Assembly (NCBI GenBank): GCA_045598525.1
Contig: JAZLMH010000003.1
Coordinates: 23,892-87,891 of the forward strand
DNA from: Bacilli bacterium
GTDB taxonomy: Bacteria; Bacillota_I; Bacilli_A; RFN20; CAG-826
Reading direction: 5' to 3'
DNA length: 64,000 nucleotides
A program made the position numbers and the translations under genes. Numbering within the stretch: position 1 is the stretch's first letter; each line of letters begins with the position of its first letter. This document shows positions 9,848 to 19,157 of the stretch, one piece after another. Under the pieces are notes generated by a model. The model did no database searches. It saw only the letters and a list, made by a program, of their open reading frames with translations, and had not been told where the DNA came from.

Positions 9848-11021
9848 TTTTCTTTACCTCGCTAGCCATCATTAGGATCTTTTTATTAGCTTTTCTATTT
9901 AATGAACTCACTAACAGCTGAGTTTCGTCTTCTTTCTCGTATTTTTCATAATTCCAAAAAGACATTTGGATGTTTTTCTCTTTCAAAGGGACCAAATTGC
10001 TTGCCGAAACGCCAACCAATCTGATTACGATTCCCGTATACGCTTTTGAAAAAATAGACCATGCTATTCTTGATAATTCCTCATAATCATTAGTTGACTC
10101 TTCTAGAGTCATTGATTTGGAGTTTACTTTAAAGTTTTCGTCTTTGATGTTTACGGATACCGTTTTACATTTTTTCTTTTCTCTGACCAAACCTGCCGCA
10201 ACGTGGCTAGATAATCTTTCTATCATTAAACGAATTTCTTCTTGGTCGTTTGTGTCATTAGGGAAAGTTGAACTATGGTTTATTGATTTTTGATCTGGAT
10301 GCTCGACTATGACCATATCATCGCTTTCGCCGCGGATACTACTTAAATAATAGTCATAAGCCTTGCCAAAACGTTTTCTCATGCCTATTTCATCGGATTC
10401 AAGGGCGTTTGCAAACTCTCCGATTGCGTTAATGCCTAAAGATTTCAAATATGGCGTTGTTTTTTTGCCTACTCCAAAGAAATTGTCGATAGGCAACGGA
10501 TAAAGCTTTGCTTTGATGTCCTTTTTTCTGATTATTGTAATACCCATTGGCTTTTTCATGTCGGAAGCCATTTTTGCCAAAAACTTTGTTGGACCCACGC
10601 CAATTGAGCATTTAAGGCCAAGCTCTTTATATAGTCCATCTTGAATACTTTTTAGTGTTTCTGGGACATTTTTATTGTTTTGTAAATATTTTGTCACATC
10701 GACAAAACCTTCGTCTATCGAGGCGGCTTCGACTAATGACGAAAACCTTTTTAAATAGCCGAAGAATGATCTAGAAAGCATTTCGTAATAAGGAAAATCG
10801 CAAGGAAGATAAATTCCATTCGGGCATAATCTCTTGGCTTCTCCGATCGGCATCGCTGAATGAACGCCAAAAGAACGTGCTTCATAAGAGCATGTCGAAA
10901 CAACGCCACGGCGCCCTAAACCGCCGACTATCACTGGCTTTCCTTGATAGTCTGGGCAACGCAATTGTTCTGCTGTTGCGTAGAATGCGTTCAAATCTAC
11001 GTGCATTATAATTTTTGACAC
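9834..11021 (-). CDS. dinB: DNA polymerase IV (Y-family)
   Basis: HVDLNAFYATAE and SIDEGFVDVT motifs. The TGA stop overlaps the xer start by 14 nt. Confidence 0.9.
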   Translation of the reverse strand: MSKIIMHVDLNAFYATAEQLRCPDYQGKPVIVGGLGRRGVVSTCSYEARSFGVHSAMPIGEAKRLCPNGIYLPCDFPYYEMLSRSFFGYLKRFSSLVEAASIDEGFVDVTKYLQNNKNVPETLKSIQDGLYKELGLKCSIGVGPTKFLAKMASDMKKPMGITIIRKKDIKAKLYPLPIDNFFGVGKKTTPYLKSLGINAIGEFANALESDEIGMRKRFGKAYDYYLSSIRGESDDMVIVEHPDQKSINHSSTFPNDTNDQEEIRLMIERLSSHVAAGLVREKKKCKTVSVNIKDENFKVNSKSMTLEESTNDYEELSRIAWSIFSKAYTGIVIRLVGVSASNLVPLKEKNIQMSFWNYEKYEKEDETQLLVSSLNRKANKKILMMASEVKKNGNK

Positions 11022-11061
11022 GTAAACATTTTAATTTTTATATTCCGTTATGTTAATAAAA

Positions 11062-12918
11062 TTATAGAATTTCTTTAAGAACGGTCGGTATGTCTAAACC
11101 AAACAACTCTTCTTGTTCCGGTATCGAAGAATGCTGAACGAAAGTATTTGGAACGGCAAAGGCTTTGAATTCGCCTTTGTAATTGTTTTCTATCAATGAA
11201 TTTCCTAACGCTTCTACGAACCCATTTTTGGTTCCATATGAATCATAGACATATATCTTTTCATAATTAGCGAGTTTTTTAATCTCTTCGTCAGGCAATG
11301 GGAATAGTTTTAAGGCCTGTATTCTCGAACCGCTGTAGCCTTTTGCTTCAAGCTCGTTTAATAATTCCCTTCCTTTTGGACCGACAGAAATAACCGCTTC
11401 TTTATTGTTTCCTTCAGAAAGCGTCATCCATGGTTTGATTTCTATACTTTGTATAGGCGTACCATCATCCTTTACCAAAGTATGAGGATATCTGATTCCG
11501 ACAATTCCATGCCCTTTTTCCATCGAATACTCTATTGTTGCCTTCATTTCTTCTAATGTACTAGGCATATAAAGACTGACATTAGGGATGGTTTTAAGGA
11601 AAGCCTCATCGTAGATGCCCATATGAGTTTCCCCGTCTTTTCCTACCAAACCCGCTCTATCAATCAAAAGAGTCATGTCAGTGTTAAGACGAGCGCAATC
11701 ATGGAGCAATTCGTCATAAGATCTCTGTAAGAATGTTGAATAGATGCAAATGATCGGGTGAATTCCTGAGATTGCCATCGAACCAGCCATCGTGAAAGCG
11801 TGTTCTTCAGCAATACCTACATCTATGGTTCTTTCCGGGAACTCTGCAAAGCAGCCTTCCATATGACTTCCTTTGATCATGGCGGGGACAATCAATACGC
11901 TATCGGAATGATTGGCCAAAGTTTCTTTGGTGAGATCACCAACGATATGAGGCCAAGAGTGATATCCTGGGTGCAAATTCTTTGGTGCCCCTGTTTCGAT
12001 GTTAAAAGGCGTTGTTCCATGCCAATAACCGGTTTGATCGTCTTCCGCAGGCTTATAACCTCTGCCTTTATGGGTGTAAACGTGCATAATAACGCCTTTA
12101 GACGCGTTTTTCGCGCGTTTGAAGGCTTTATCTAGGGTTTTAATATTATGGCCGTCAAATGGGCCCATATACGTGTATCCAAGATTATCGAAAAGATTCG
12201 AACCTACGAGGGTTCTCTTAACGTGGTCCTTCATATACGCTGAAAATTTATATATCCAACGGCCAGGACCGTTAGTCCCTAAGATCTTACGATAATTCTT
12301 CTTAAATCTATTATAAGATTTAGCGGTTGAAATATTTCTAAAGAAACTACCAAGTCCGCCGACTGGGTGGCTGATCGACATGTCGTTGTCGTTCAAAACG
12401 ATAATGAACTTTCCATATCTACCACCGATATGGTTTAAAGCCTCGAAGGATAAACCGTTTACCAATGAGCCATCGCCAATGACCGAGACAATGTAATTGT
12501 CTTCTTTCTTTAAATCTCTTGATATTGCAAATCCTTCTGCTGCTGAAAGAGAGGTTGATGAATGGCCAGCTTCATAGCAATCGTATTCTGATTCGTTGCG
12601 TTTGGTAAAACCGCTTACGCCATTTTTAGCGTTAAGATTCTCTAACGATCTGCCTGTAAGGATCTTATGTGTGTAGCACTGATGTGAAACATCAAATATC
12701 AATTTGTCTTTTGGGAAATCGAAATTTCTATGTAAGGCAACAGTAAGTTCAACGACACCAAGGTTAGAACTCAAATGTCCGCCAAATCTCGACGTTATAT
12801 CTAATATCTCACCCCTGATATCTTCGCAAAGTAAAAACAAGGATTCGTAATCGAGCCCTTTGACGAATGAAGGTTCTTTGATGCCCTTTATGTCGATCCT
12901 CTCTACTTTTTTTGCCAT
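11062..12918 (-). CDS. dxs: 1-deoxy-D-xylulose-5-phosphate synthase
   Basis: GHLSSNLGVVELTVALH and the TPP-binding GDGSLVNG motif, in 618 aa. The xseB-dxs synteny is conserved. Confidence 0.9.
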   Translation of the reverse strand: MAKKVERIDIKGIKEPSFVKGLDYESLFLLCEDIRGEILDITSRFGGHLSSNLGVVELTVALHRNFDFPKDKLIFDVSHQCYTHKILTGRSLENLNAKNGVSGFTKRNESEYDCYEAGHSSTSLSAAEGFAISRDLKKEDNYIVSVIGDGSLVNGLSFEALNHIGGRYGKFIIVLNDNDMSISHPVGGLGSFFRNISTAKSYNRFKKNYRKILGTNGPGRWIYKFSAYMKDHVKRTLVGSNLFDNLGYTYMGPFDGHNIKTLDKAFKRAKNASKGVIMHVYTHKGRGYKPAEDDQTGYWHGTTPFNIETGAPKNLHPGYHSWPHIVGDLTKETLANHSDSVLIVPAMIKGSHMEGCFAEFPERTIDVGIAEEHAFTMAGSMAISGIHPIICIYSTFLQRSYDELLHDCARLNTDMTLLIDRAGLVGKDGETHMGIYDEAFLKTIPNVSLYMPSTLEEMKATIEYSMEKGHGIVGIRYPHTLVKDDGTPIQSIEIKPWMTLSEGNNKEAVISVGPKGRELLNELEAKGYSGSRIQALKLFPLPDEEIKKLANYEKIYVYDSYGTKNGFVEALGNSLIENNYKGEFKAFAVPNTFVQHSSIPEQEELFGLDIPTVLKEIL

Positions 12919-12958
12919 ATGATTTTCAACTAGAAAACTACTAATAAATAACTATAAA

Positions 12959-13156
12959 CTAATCTTTATCTTTGATAACTTTAATCTTTGCTTCTGCTTC
13001 ATCTAATGACTTTTTTAAGTCTTTGATTAATGAATCGCCTTCATCATAAAGTCTCATCGCCTCTTCTAAAGGGAGGGTTGTGTTTTCGGCTTTTTCAACA
13101 ATTTCGCTTAAACGGCTGAGCTTTTGTTCAAAACTTTGTTCTGCTTTCTTTTCCAT
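12959..13156 (-). CDS. xseB: Exodeoxyribonuclease VII small subunit
   Basis: 65 aa and helical. It has an FEQKLSRLSEIVEKAE...LPLEEA motif and sits downstream of xseA. Confidence 0.85.
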   Translation of the reverse strand: MEKKAEQSFEQKLSRLSEIVEKAENTTLPLEEAMRLYDEGDSLIKDLKKSLDEAEAKIKVIKDKD

Positions 13157-13160
13157 ATCC

Positions 13161-14363
13161 CTACTCCTTCGAAGTAACTTTTGATGTGATTATACCATCT
13201 TTTAAGATGGACTTAAGAGTTTCCCCTTCTTTAATTTGTTTTATCGAGGAAACGACTCTTCCTTTTTCGTCAACGGTCATAGAGTAACCTCTATTAATAA
13301 CATTATGAGGATTGGTCGAATTTAATCTTGCAGATAGAGAATTGACCTTTTCATTGGATTTATCCAATGCGACCCTGATTGCAAGATCGAGCCTCTTTGA
13401 TAACTGCGACACTTCTTCCTTTGTCTTCATGTAGTTTGAGGCAGGATTTTTGAAGAAAGGTCTTTCGCTATAACGCGTCAGCGTCTCTCTTTTCTTTTGG
13501 AGAATCGATGTTATTGAACCGTCAAACATTTCTTCTGCGTTAAGAATCATCGCTTTGATATCTTCCTGATTCGGTGTTGCAGCTTCAGCTGCACCTGTAG
13601 GCGTAGACACTCTCTTATCTGAAACATAATCGATCAAAGTCGTGTCTATTTCATGTCCTACTGCCGATATGCAAGGAATATTGCAAGCGTATAGTTCTCT
13701 AGCAAGGGCTTCGTCATTAAACGCGCTAAGGTCCTCATTTGAGCCGCCGCCGCGTGCGATGATTAAAGTATCAAGCTCAACGCTTTCCGCGCGTCTAAGG
13801 GCCTTTAAAAGCTCTTTTGGGGCTTCTTTGCCTTGTACCAGAGATGGGAATTCGTAAATTTCGCACATTGGCCAACGTCTATTGATGTTTTTTATTAAGT
13901 CCGCCTCAGCGGCGCTGCCTTCCCCTACGATGATCCCTATTCTCTTTGGGAACATAGGTATTGGCTTTTTATGAGCTGGGTCAAATAAGCCTTCGGCTTG
14001 GAGTTTCTTCTTTAAAGCTTCTAAAGCGAGCAAAGCCGCGCCTTGCCCATATTTATCCATGGTTTTGACGCTTAAGTTATAGCGGCCTCTTGCGACATAT
14101 ACGCTTACCGAACCTGAGACTATGACTTCGTCACCGTCTTTTGGCTCAAAAGGGAGATACATGTAATTGTCACGCCAGAGGATACAAGGAATCACAGACT
14201 TCTTCTCGTCTATTAAATCAAAAAAGAAGCCTGAGCTATAACCTTTCCAATTGCTAATCTCGCCTTTTACGTAAAGATTATGCAAATCAAAATCGTTCTC
14301 AAGCTTACCCTTTATAAGGGTATTGAGCATCGTGACTGTGATATATTGTTTTTGTTGGAACAT
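13161..14363 (-). CDS. xseA: Exodeoxyribonuclease VII large subunit
   Basis: N-terminal OB fold (VKGEISNW) and an ARGGGSNEDLSAFNDE motif. Confidence 0.9.
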   Translation of the reverse strand: MFQQKQYITVTMLNTLIKGKLENDFDLHNLYVKGEISNWKGYSSGFFFDLIDEKKSVIPCILWRDNYMYLPFEPKDGDEVIVSGSVSVYVARGRYNLSVKTMDKYGQGAALLALEALKKKLQAEGLFDPAHKKPIPMFPKRIGIIVGEGSAAEADLIKNINRRWPMCEIYEFPSLVQGKEAPKELLKALRRAESVELDTLIIARGGGSNEDLSAFNDEALARELYACNIPCISAVGHEIDTTLIDYVSDKRVSTPTGAAEAATPNQEDIKAMILNAEEMFDGSITSILQKKRETLTRYSERPFFKNPASNYMKTKEEVSQLSKRLDLAIRVALDKSNEKVNSLSARLNSTNPHNVINRGYSMTVDEKGRVVSSIKQIKEGETLKSILKDGIITSKVTSKE

Positions 14364-14782
14364 TATTTCACCAAAACCTTGTCGAGGATGGCGTTGACAA
14401 ATTTATAGTCTTTAGCATCCAAGAATTTCTTCGCTAATTCGACAGAAACGTTAATAACAATGGCTTTATCGGTGGTTTCTTCACTATAGAAATATTGGCA
14501 ATACGCAAGCATAAGCAAAGCTTGTTCGAGTAAATTGAGACGATCGAACGTCCATTTTCTCATATGTTCTTCGAAAGCAGGAATGATTTCTTGATAGTGT
14601 TTGACCATGGCAAGAACCGTTTCTTTGACGAAAAAATCACTGTCAGCATAAGGTTTTTCGGTTAATCCACTGACAATGTCCTCTATTGGAGCTGCCTGAT
14701 GGGCGGCTGAATAGGTCAGCACGTCATAAATTGCGATGAGTGCTACTTCGTGTGCTTTGTTTCGAGATAATTGTTTTTCCAT
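14363..14782 (-). CDS. nusB: Transcription antitermination factor NusB
   Basis: NusB-like helical protein in the conserved asp23-nusB-xseA position. The track start at 14791 is TTG, so the ATG at 14782 is preferred. Confidence 0.8.
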   Translation of the reverse strand: MEKQLSRNKAHEVALIAIYDVLTYSAAHQAAPIEDIVSGLTEKPYADSDFFVKETVLAMVKHYQEIIPAFEEHMRKWTFDRLNLLEQALLMLAYCQYFYSEETTDKAIVINVSVELAKKFLDAKDYKFVNAILDKVLVK

Positions 14783-14855
14783 AAAGATCAATGCTTCTCT
14801 TTTGAGAAGTCGTTAAAGTTTAGCACATATTCATAAAAGAGTGATAGAAAATGAA

Positions 14856-14886
14856 AAAGAGCGAAGATTTTTGTCTCCGCTCTCAA
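14856..14886 (-). terminator. Putative intrinsic terminator downstream of the Asp23-family gene
   Basis: On the minus strand: AGAGCG-gagacaaaaatctt-CGCTCT followed by TTTTCATTTT. Confidence 0.5.
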
Positions 14887-14893
14887 TGTCTTG

Positions 14894-15355
14894 TTATTTA
14901 GTTTCTTCTAAAGAAGGCTTATTTTCCTTTTTATGTCTATGGCGATGCTCTTTAGGCTCTTTTGCTTTTTTTGGCTTTGCCGGTTTGGTTGGCTTCTCTT
15001 TTGTGAGGTGGATTTCAACTTGAACAGGAACTGTTTCACACATCATGTTGACGTTGTTGGCCACTTCTTCTTGAAGCTTGGTGCAAATGTTTGTGATGTC
15101 TTTGATACCGGAAACAAGCTCAACATCCACTGTTAAATCGACACGACCATTCTTTTTAAAGAATGCGTGACAAGGTCTAGCAGGGAAGGAAAAGATAGTG
15201 TTGATGCGAGCGACAGGATCTTCTTTGCCATAGCCTTTGACTTTGACGCACTGAAGATTGTTGCTTGCGATGGTTGCGATGGTCTCAAAAGCTTTTCTTG
15301 AGATTCCCATCTTTCCTTTTTGTTGGTAGTTTGCTAAATAGTAGAAATCACTCAT
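14894..15355 (-). CDS. Asp23/Gls24-family (alkaline shock) protein with a basic Lys/Pro/His C-terminal tail
   Basis: Its position matches B. subtilis yqhY upstream of nusB. It has an Asp23-like core and a tail KEKPTKPAKPKKAKEPKEHRHRHKKENK. Confidence 0.7.
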   Translation of the reverse strand: MSDFYYLANYQQKGKMGISRKAFETIATIASNNLQCVKVKGYGKEDPVARINTIFSFPARPCHAFFKKNGRVDLTVDVELVSGIKDITNICTKLQEEVANNVNMMCETVPVQVEIHLTKEKPTKPAKPKKAKEPKEHRHRHKKENKPSLEETK

Positions 15356-15392
15356 AACCTAATTGTAACCAAAAACTTAAATCGATAAAACC

Positions 15393-17357
15393 TTATTTAA
15401 CAAGAGCGGCGATTTTTTCTGCGATCTTTTCTGCAGTGAAACCGCATTCTGCCATGACCAAGTCAGCTGGACCGCTGTAGCCAAATTCATCCTGGGAGAT
15501 GACATTGTCAGCATATTTGTACCAGGAGAGGCCGCTTAACATTTCGATAGCGACGCGTTTTGCTCTTGGTAATGTGATGATTTCGTCTTTCTTTGCCTGT
15601 GAAAGAGCGTCGAAACGTTCGCAGCTTGGCATAGAGATGACACTGCATTTGATGCCTTTCTCTTTGAGAAGTTTAGCTGCGTTGACTGCTGTGCCGACTT
15701 CGCTACCAGTAGCTATGAGTTCGAGATCAGCTGCTTCTTCTTTGACAGTGACATAAGCGCCCTGAGCAACGTTTTCTAAGCATGAACCATCAATGTTCTG
15801 GAGGTTTTGACGGCTAAGGATAAGACAGACTGGGTGGTCTTTTGTTGCTAATGCAAGTCTCCATGCAGCATTACATTCGCGGGTGTCTGCTGGTCTAAGG
15901 ACTTCAACGCCTGGGATCGATCTAAGAGCGACTAATTGTTCGATTGGCTCGTGGGTTGGACCATCTTCGCCGACTGCGATAGAGTCGTGTGAGAAGAGGT
16001 AGATTGCTGGGAGATGCTGGATAGCACTCATACGAATAGCATTCTTCATATAGTCACTGAAGACTAAGAATGCGCCAACATAAGGGATGACGCCGCCGTG
16101 GAGAAGCATGCCGTTCATAGCTGCTGCCATACCAAATTCACGGATACCGAAGTTGATGTTCTTAGCAGCTCTATGTTCTGCATCGAAGCCTGGGTCGCCT
16201 GGGATAGCGGTCTTGACTGATGATGCGACGTCTGCACTGCCACCAAAGGTGAATGGAACAGCTTTAGCGACTTCGACTAACATTTTGCCACTGCTGTTAC
16301 GTGTTGCGTCTGGTTTTTCGCCGACTGCTGGTTCAGCGATGTCAAACATTGTGACATCACGAGCAAATGCTGCTTCGAAGACTTTTGCATCTTCTGGATG
16401 AGCTGCTTTGTATTCTGCCATGACTGCTTCATAAGCTTTGAAAGCTTCAGCACCACGTTTTGCAAAGGATTCGGCTAAGATTTCGTAAACGCATGCAGGA
16501 ACAGTGAATTCTGGTTCGGTCCAGCCAAGGTTTGCCTTTGTCTGAGCACCAAGTTCAGCGCCTAATGGGTTACCGTGTGTTGTGTGGCTTCCTTCTTTTG
16601 GTGTAGCGTAACCGATGATTGTGTTGAGTTGGATCATGGTTGGCTTGTCGCTCTTACGAGCTTCGACGAGTGCTGCATCGATTTCTTCGAGGTCGTTGCC
16701 GTCTTTGACTTCAATGACATTCCATTCGGATGCTTTGAAACGAAGCATTTCATCTTCTGTCATTGAGTTGGTTGTTGGGCCATCGAGAGTTGACTGGTTC
16801 TTATCATAGATAAGAATAAGTTTGTTTAATTTCTGCTTACCAGCAAGTGAGATAGCTTCTTGGGAGATACCTTCTTCTAAGCAGCCATCACCACAGAGAC
16901 AGTAAGTGTAGTGATTCATGATTTTCTCGCCTTCGGCATAGGAAGCAGCAACGTGAGCTTCTGCCATTGCCATACCGACAGCCTGAGCAACACCCTGGCC
17001 TAATGGGCCGCCTGTTGCGTCAACGCCTTTTGTCCAGCCATATTCTGGGTGGCCTGGGGTACGTGAATGCATCTGACGGAACTGTTTGATGTCATCCATT
17101 GTGACGTCATAACCAGCAACGTGGAGCATTGCGTAAAGAAGAGCGCTGTTGTGGCCGCTGGAAAGAACGAAACGGTCACGATTGATCCATTCTGGGTTCT
17201 TTGGATCGGCAACGATGTGGTTCTTATAAAGAACATACATAGCTGGAGCGATGTCAAGAGCCATGCCTGGGTGGCCACTGTTGGCCTTGTTGATCTCATC
17301 GATCAAGAGAGCACGGATTGCATTAACTGCAAGTGTGTCTGTTTTGTTAAATTTCAT
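15393..17357 (-). CDS. tkt: Transketolase
   Basis: SGHPG, SSGHNSALLYAML, GDGCLEEGISQEA and HPEYGW..GVDATGGPLGQG motifs. Confidence 0.9.
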   Translation of the reverse strand: MKFNKTDTLAVNAIRALLIDEINKANSGHPGMALDIAPAMYVLYKNHIVADPKNPEWINRDRFVLSSGHNSALLYAMLHVAGYDVTMDDIKQFRQMHSRTPGHPEYGWTKGVDATGGPLGQGVAQAVGMAMAEAHVAASYAEGEKIMNHYTYCLCGDGCLEEGISQEAISLAGKQKLNKLILIYDKNQSTLDGPTTNSMTEDEMLRFKASEWNVIEVKDGNDLEEIDAALVEARKSDKPTMIQLNTIIGYATPKEGSHTTHGNPLGAELGAQTKANLGWTEPEFTVPACVYEILAESFAKRGAEAFKAYEAVMAEYKAAHPEDAKVFEAAFARDVTMFDIAEPAVGEKPDATRNSSGKMLVEVAKAVPFTFGGSADVASSVKTAIPGDPGFDAEHRAAKNINFGIREFGMAAAMNGMLLHGGVIPYVGAFLVFSDYMKNAIRMSAIQHLPAIYLFSHDSIAVGEDGPTHEPIEQLVALRSIPGVEVLRPADTRECNAAWRLALATKDHPVCLILSRQNLQNIDGSCLENVAQGAYVTVKEEAADLELIATGSEVGTAVNAAKLLKEKGIKCSVISMPSCERFDALSQAKKDEIITLPRAKRVAIEMLSGLSWYKYADNVISQDEFGYSGPADLVMAECGFTAEKIAEKIAALVK

Positions 17358-17405
17358 TTTAGAAATCTCCTTATGAATATTTAGATAATAATCTCAGATT
17401 ATTAA

Positions 17406-19139
17406 TTATTCCTTTTTTAATTGGATGCCAACATCATCCATGGCATCTTGGCTAACCTCGCCTGGAGCTTTGGACATTGGGTCCACCGCTTGGAGGTTCT
17501 TTGGGAAGGCGATGACGTCGCGGATGTTCTCGGTGCCACTAAGAATCATGCTTAAGCGGTCAAGGCCAAGAGCGAATCCACCATGTGGAGGAGCGCCGTA
17601 TTTGAATGCGTCGATGAACCATCCGAATTTGCGGGCTACGTCTTCATCGCTAAGACCTAAGAGTTTGAAGATCTTCCACTGGGTATCGTGATCATAGATA
17701 CGGAGTGTACCACCGCCAGCTTCATAGCCGTTGATTACGATATCATAAGCGCAAGCTAAGACACGTTCTGGTTCGGTGTCGAGATATTTTAAGTCTTCAT
17801 CGCGAGGACGGGTGAATGGGTGGTGTTCTGCCGTATATTGGTCTTCAGTTCCTTCAATTTTGTCGAACATTGGGAAGTTGATGATCCAAAGAAGGTCATA
17901 TGTGCCAGGTTTGATGAGTCCCATTTCTTTAGCGAAACGAGTTCTTAATGCGCCAAGTCCGAAGTCAACGAATCTACGGTTTGGAGAAGCGGCAATTACT
18001 ACTAAGTCATCTTCATTTAAAGCTAAAGCTTTAATAAGTTCAGCTTGCACTTCTTCATCCATGAACTTGACGAACGATCCCGCTAAAGCGCCGTTATTAT
18101 ATTTAAGGATTGTTAAGCCCTTAAGACCATACTTTTTAGCTTCGTTTGTAAGATCATCCTGAGCTTTTCTCGTTGTCTTTGTTGCGTAGCCTGGGACAAC
18201 GATTGCTCTCATGTATTTTGCTTCATCGAAACCGCTGAATGATGATTTTTTCATGATGTCGTAGACGTTTTGGAGCAATAAGCCATAACGTGTGTCAGGT
18301 TTGTCACTTCCATAATTATCCATAGCATCCCAGAAGTCCATTCTGCGTAATGGGAGAGGGACATCATAACCAACTATTTCTTTGAAATATCTAGCAATCA
18401 TGTTTTCGCCGAGTTCAAGAATCTGATCTTGTGTCATAAACGACATTTCGAGGTCGATTTGGGTGAACTCAGGCTGGCGATCAGCACGTAAGTCTTCATC
18501 GCGGAAGCATTTAGCGATCTGATAGTAGCGTTCGATGCCACCAATCATCAGCAATTGTTTGAATAACTGAGGTGATTGTGGAAGAGCATAGAAATAACCA
18601 TGGTGAAGACGAGCTGGGACGATGTAGTCTCTAGCGCCTTCAGGGGTTGCTAAGTTGAGAATTGGGGTTTCCACTTCCAAGAAGCGGTTGTTATCAAGAT
18701 ATTCGTGGGTGAGTTGAACGATTTTTGCTCTGACACGGAGTTTACGCTGCATTTCTGGGCGGCGTAAATCAAGATAACGATACTGAAGTCTTGTGTCTTC
18801 TAATGCGTCGGTCTTGTCGGCAATGATAAATGGAGGGTTCTCCGCTTTGTTGATGACCTCAAGCTTAGAAACGACGACTTCGATTTCGCCTGTCTTGAGT
18901 TTTGGGTTTGGAACTTCTTTCTTAGAAACTACACCAGTAACAGAGATGACGTATTCGTTTCTTGTATCAGGAACTTCCACTCCTTCGCCAATCAATAACT
19001 GGACGATTCCAGTATTGTCGCGAAGGTCAATAAATTCGATGGCGCCTAGTCTTCTTCTTGTGGAGACCCAGCCAACGAGGCTTACTTCACGACCTACGTC
19101 TTTAAGTCGGAGCTCGCCATTGTAATCGGTTCTTAACAT
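17406..19139 (-). CDS. aspS: Aspartate--tRNA ligase
   Basis: Class II motifs FRDEDLRADRQPEFTQID and PPHGGFALGLDRL. The track start (19154) is GTG. The ATG at 19139 (MLRTDYNGELR) follows an AAAGGA RBS. Confidence 0.9.
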   Translation of the reverse strand: MLRTDYNGELRLKDVGREVSLVGWVSTRRRLGAIEFIDLRDNTGIVQLLIGEGVEVPDTRNEYVISVTGVVSKKEVPNPKLKTGEIEVVVSKLEVINKAENPPFIIADKTDALEDTRLQYRYLDLRRPEMQRKLRVRAKIVQLTHEYLDNNRFLEVETPILNLATPEGARDYIVPARLHHGYFYALPQSPQLFKQLLMIGGIERYYQIAKCFRDEDLRADRQPEFTQIDLEMSFMTQDQILELGENMIARYFKEIVGYDVPLPLRRMDFWDAMDNYGSDKPDTRYGLLLQNVYDIMKKSSFSGFDEAKYMRAIVVPGYATKTTRKAQDDLTNEAKKYGLKGLTILKYNNGALAGSFVKFMDEEVQAELIKALALNEDDLVVIAASPNRRFVDFGLGALRTRFAKEMGLIKPGTYDLLWIINFPMFDKIEGTEDQYTAEHHPFTRPRDEDLKYLDTEPERVLACAYDIVINGYEAGGGTLRIYDHDTQWKIFKLLGLSDEDVARKFGWFIDAFKYGAPPHGGFALGLDRLSMILSGTENIRDVIAFPKNLQAVDPMSKAPGEVSQDAMDDVGIQLKKE

Positions 19140-19157
19140 ACGTTTTCCTTTCACAAT

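Noticed and set aside
11048-11060. An exact 13-nt copy of the dif right arm (TTATGTTAATAAA) between dinB and dxs.
   Set aside because: No left arm or ATAA core accompanies it. AT-rich 13-mers recur by chance at this scale.
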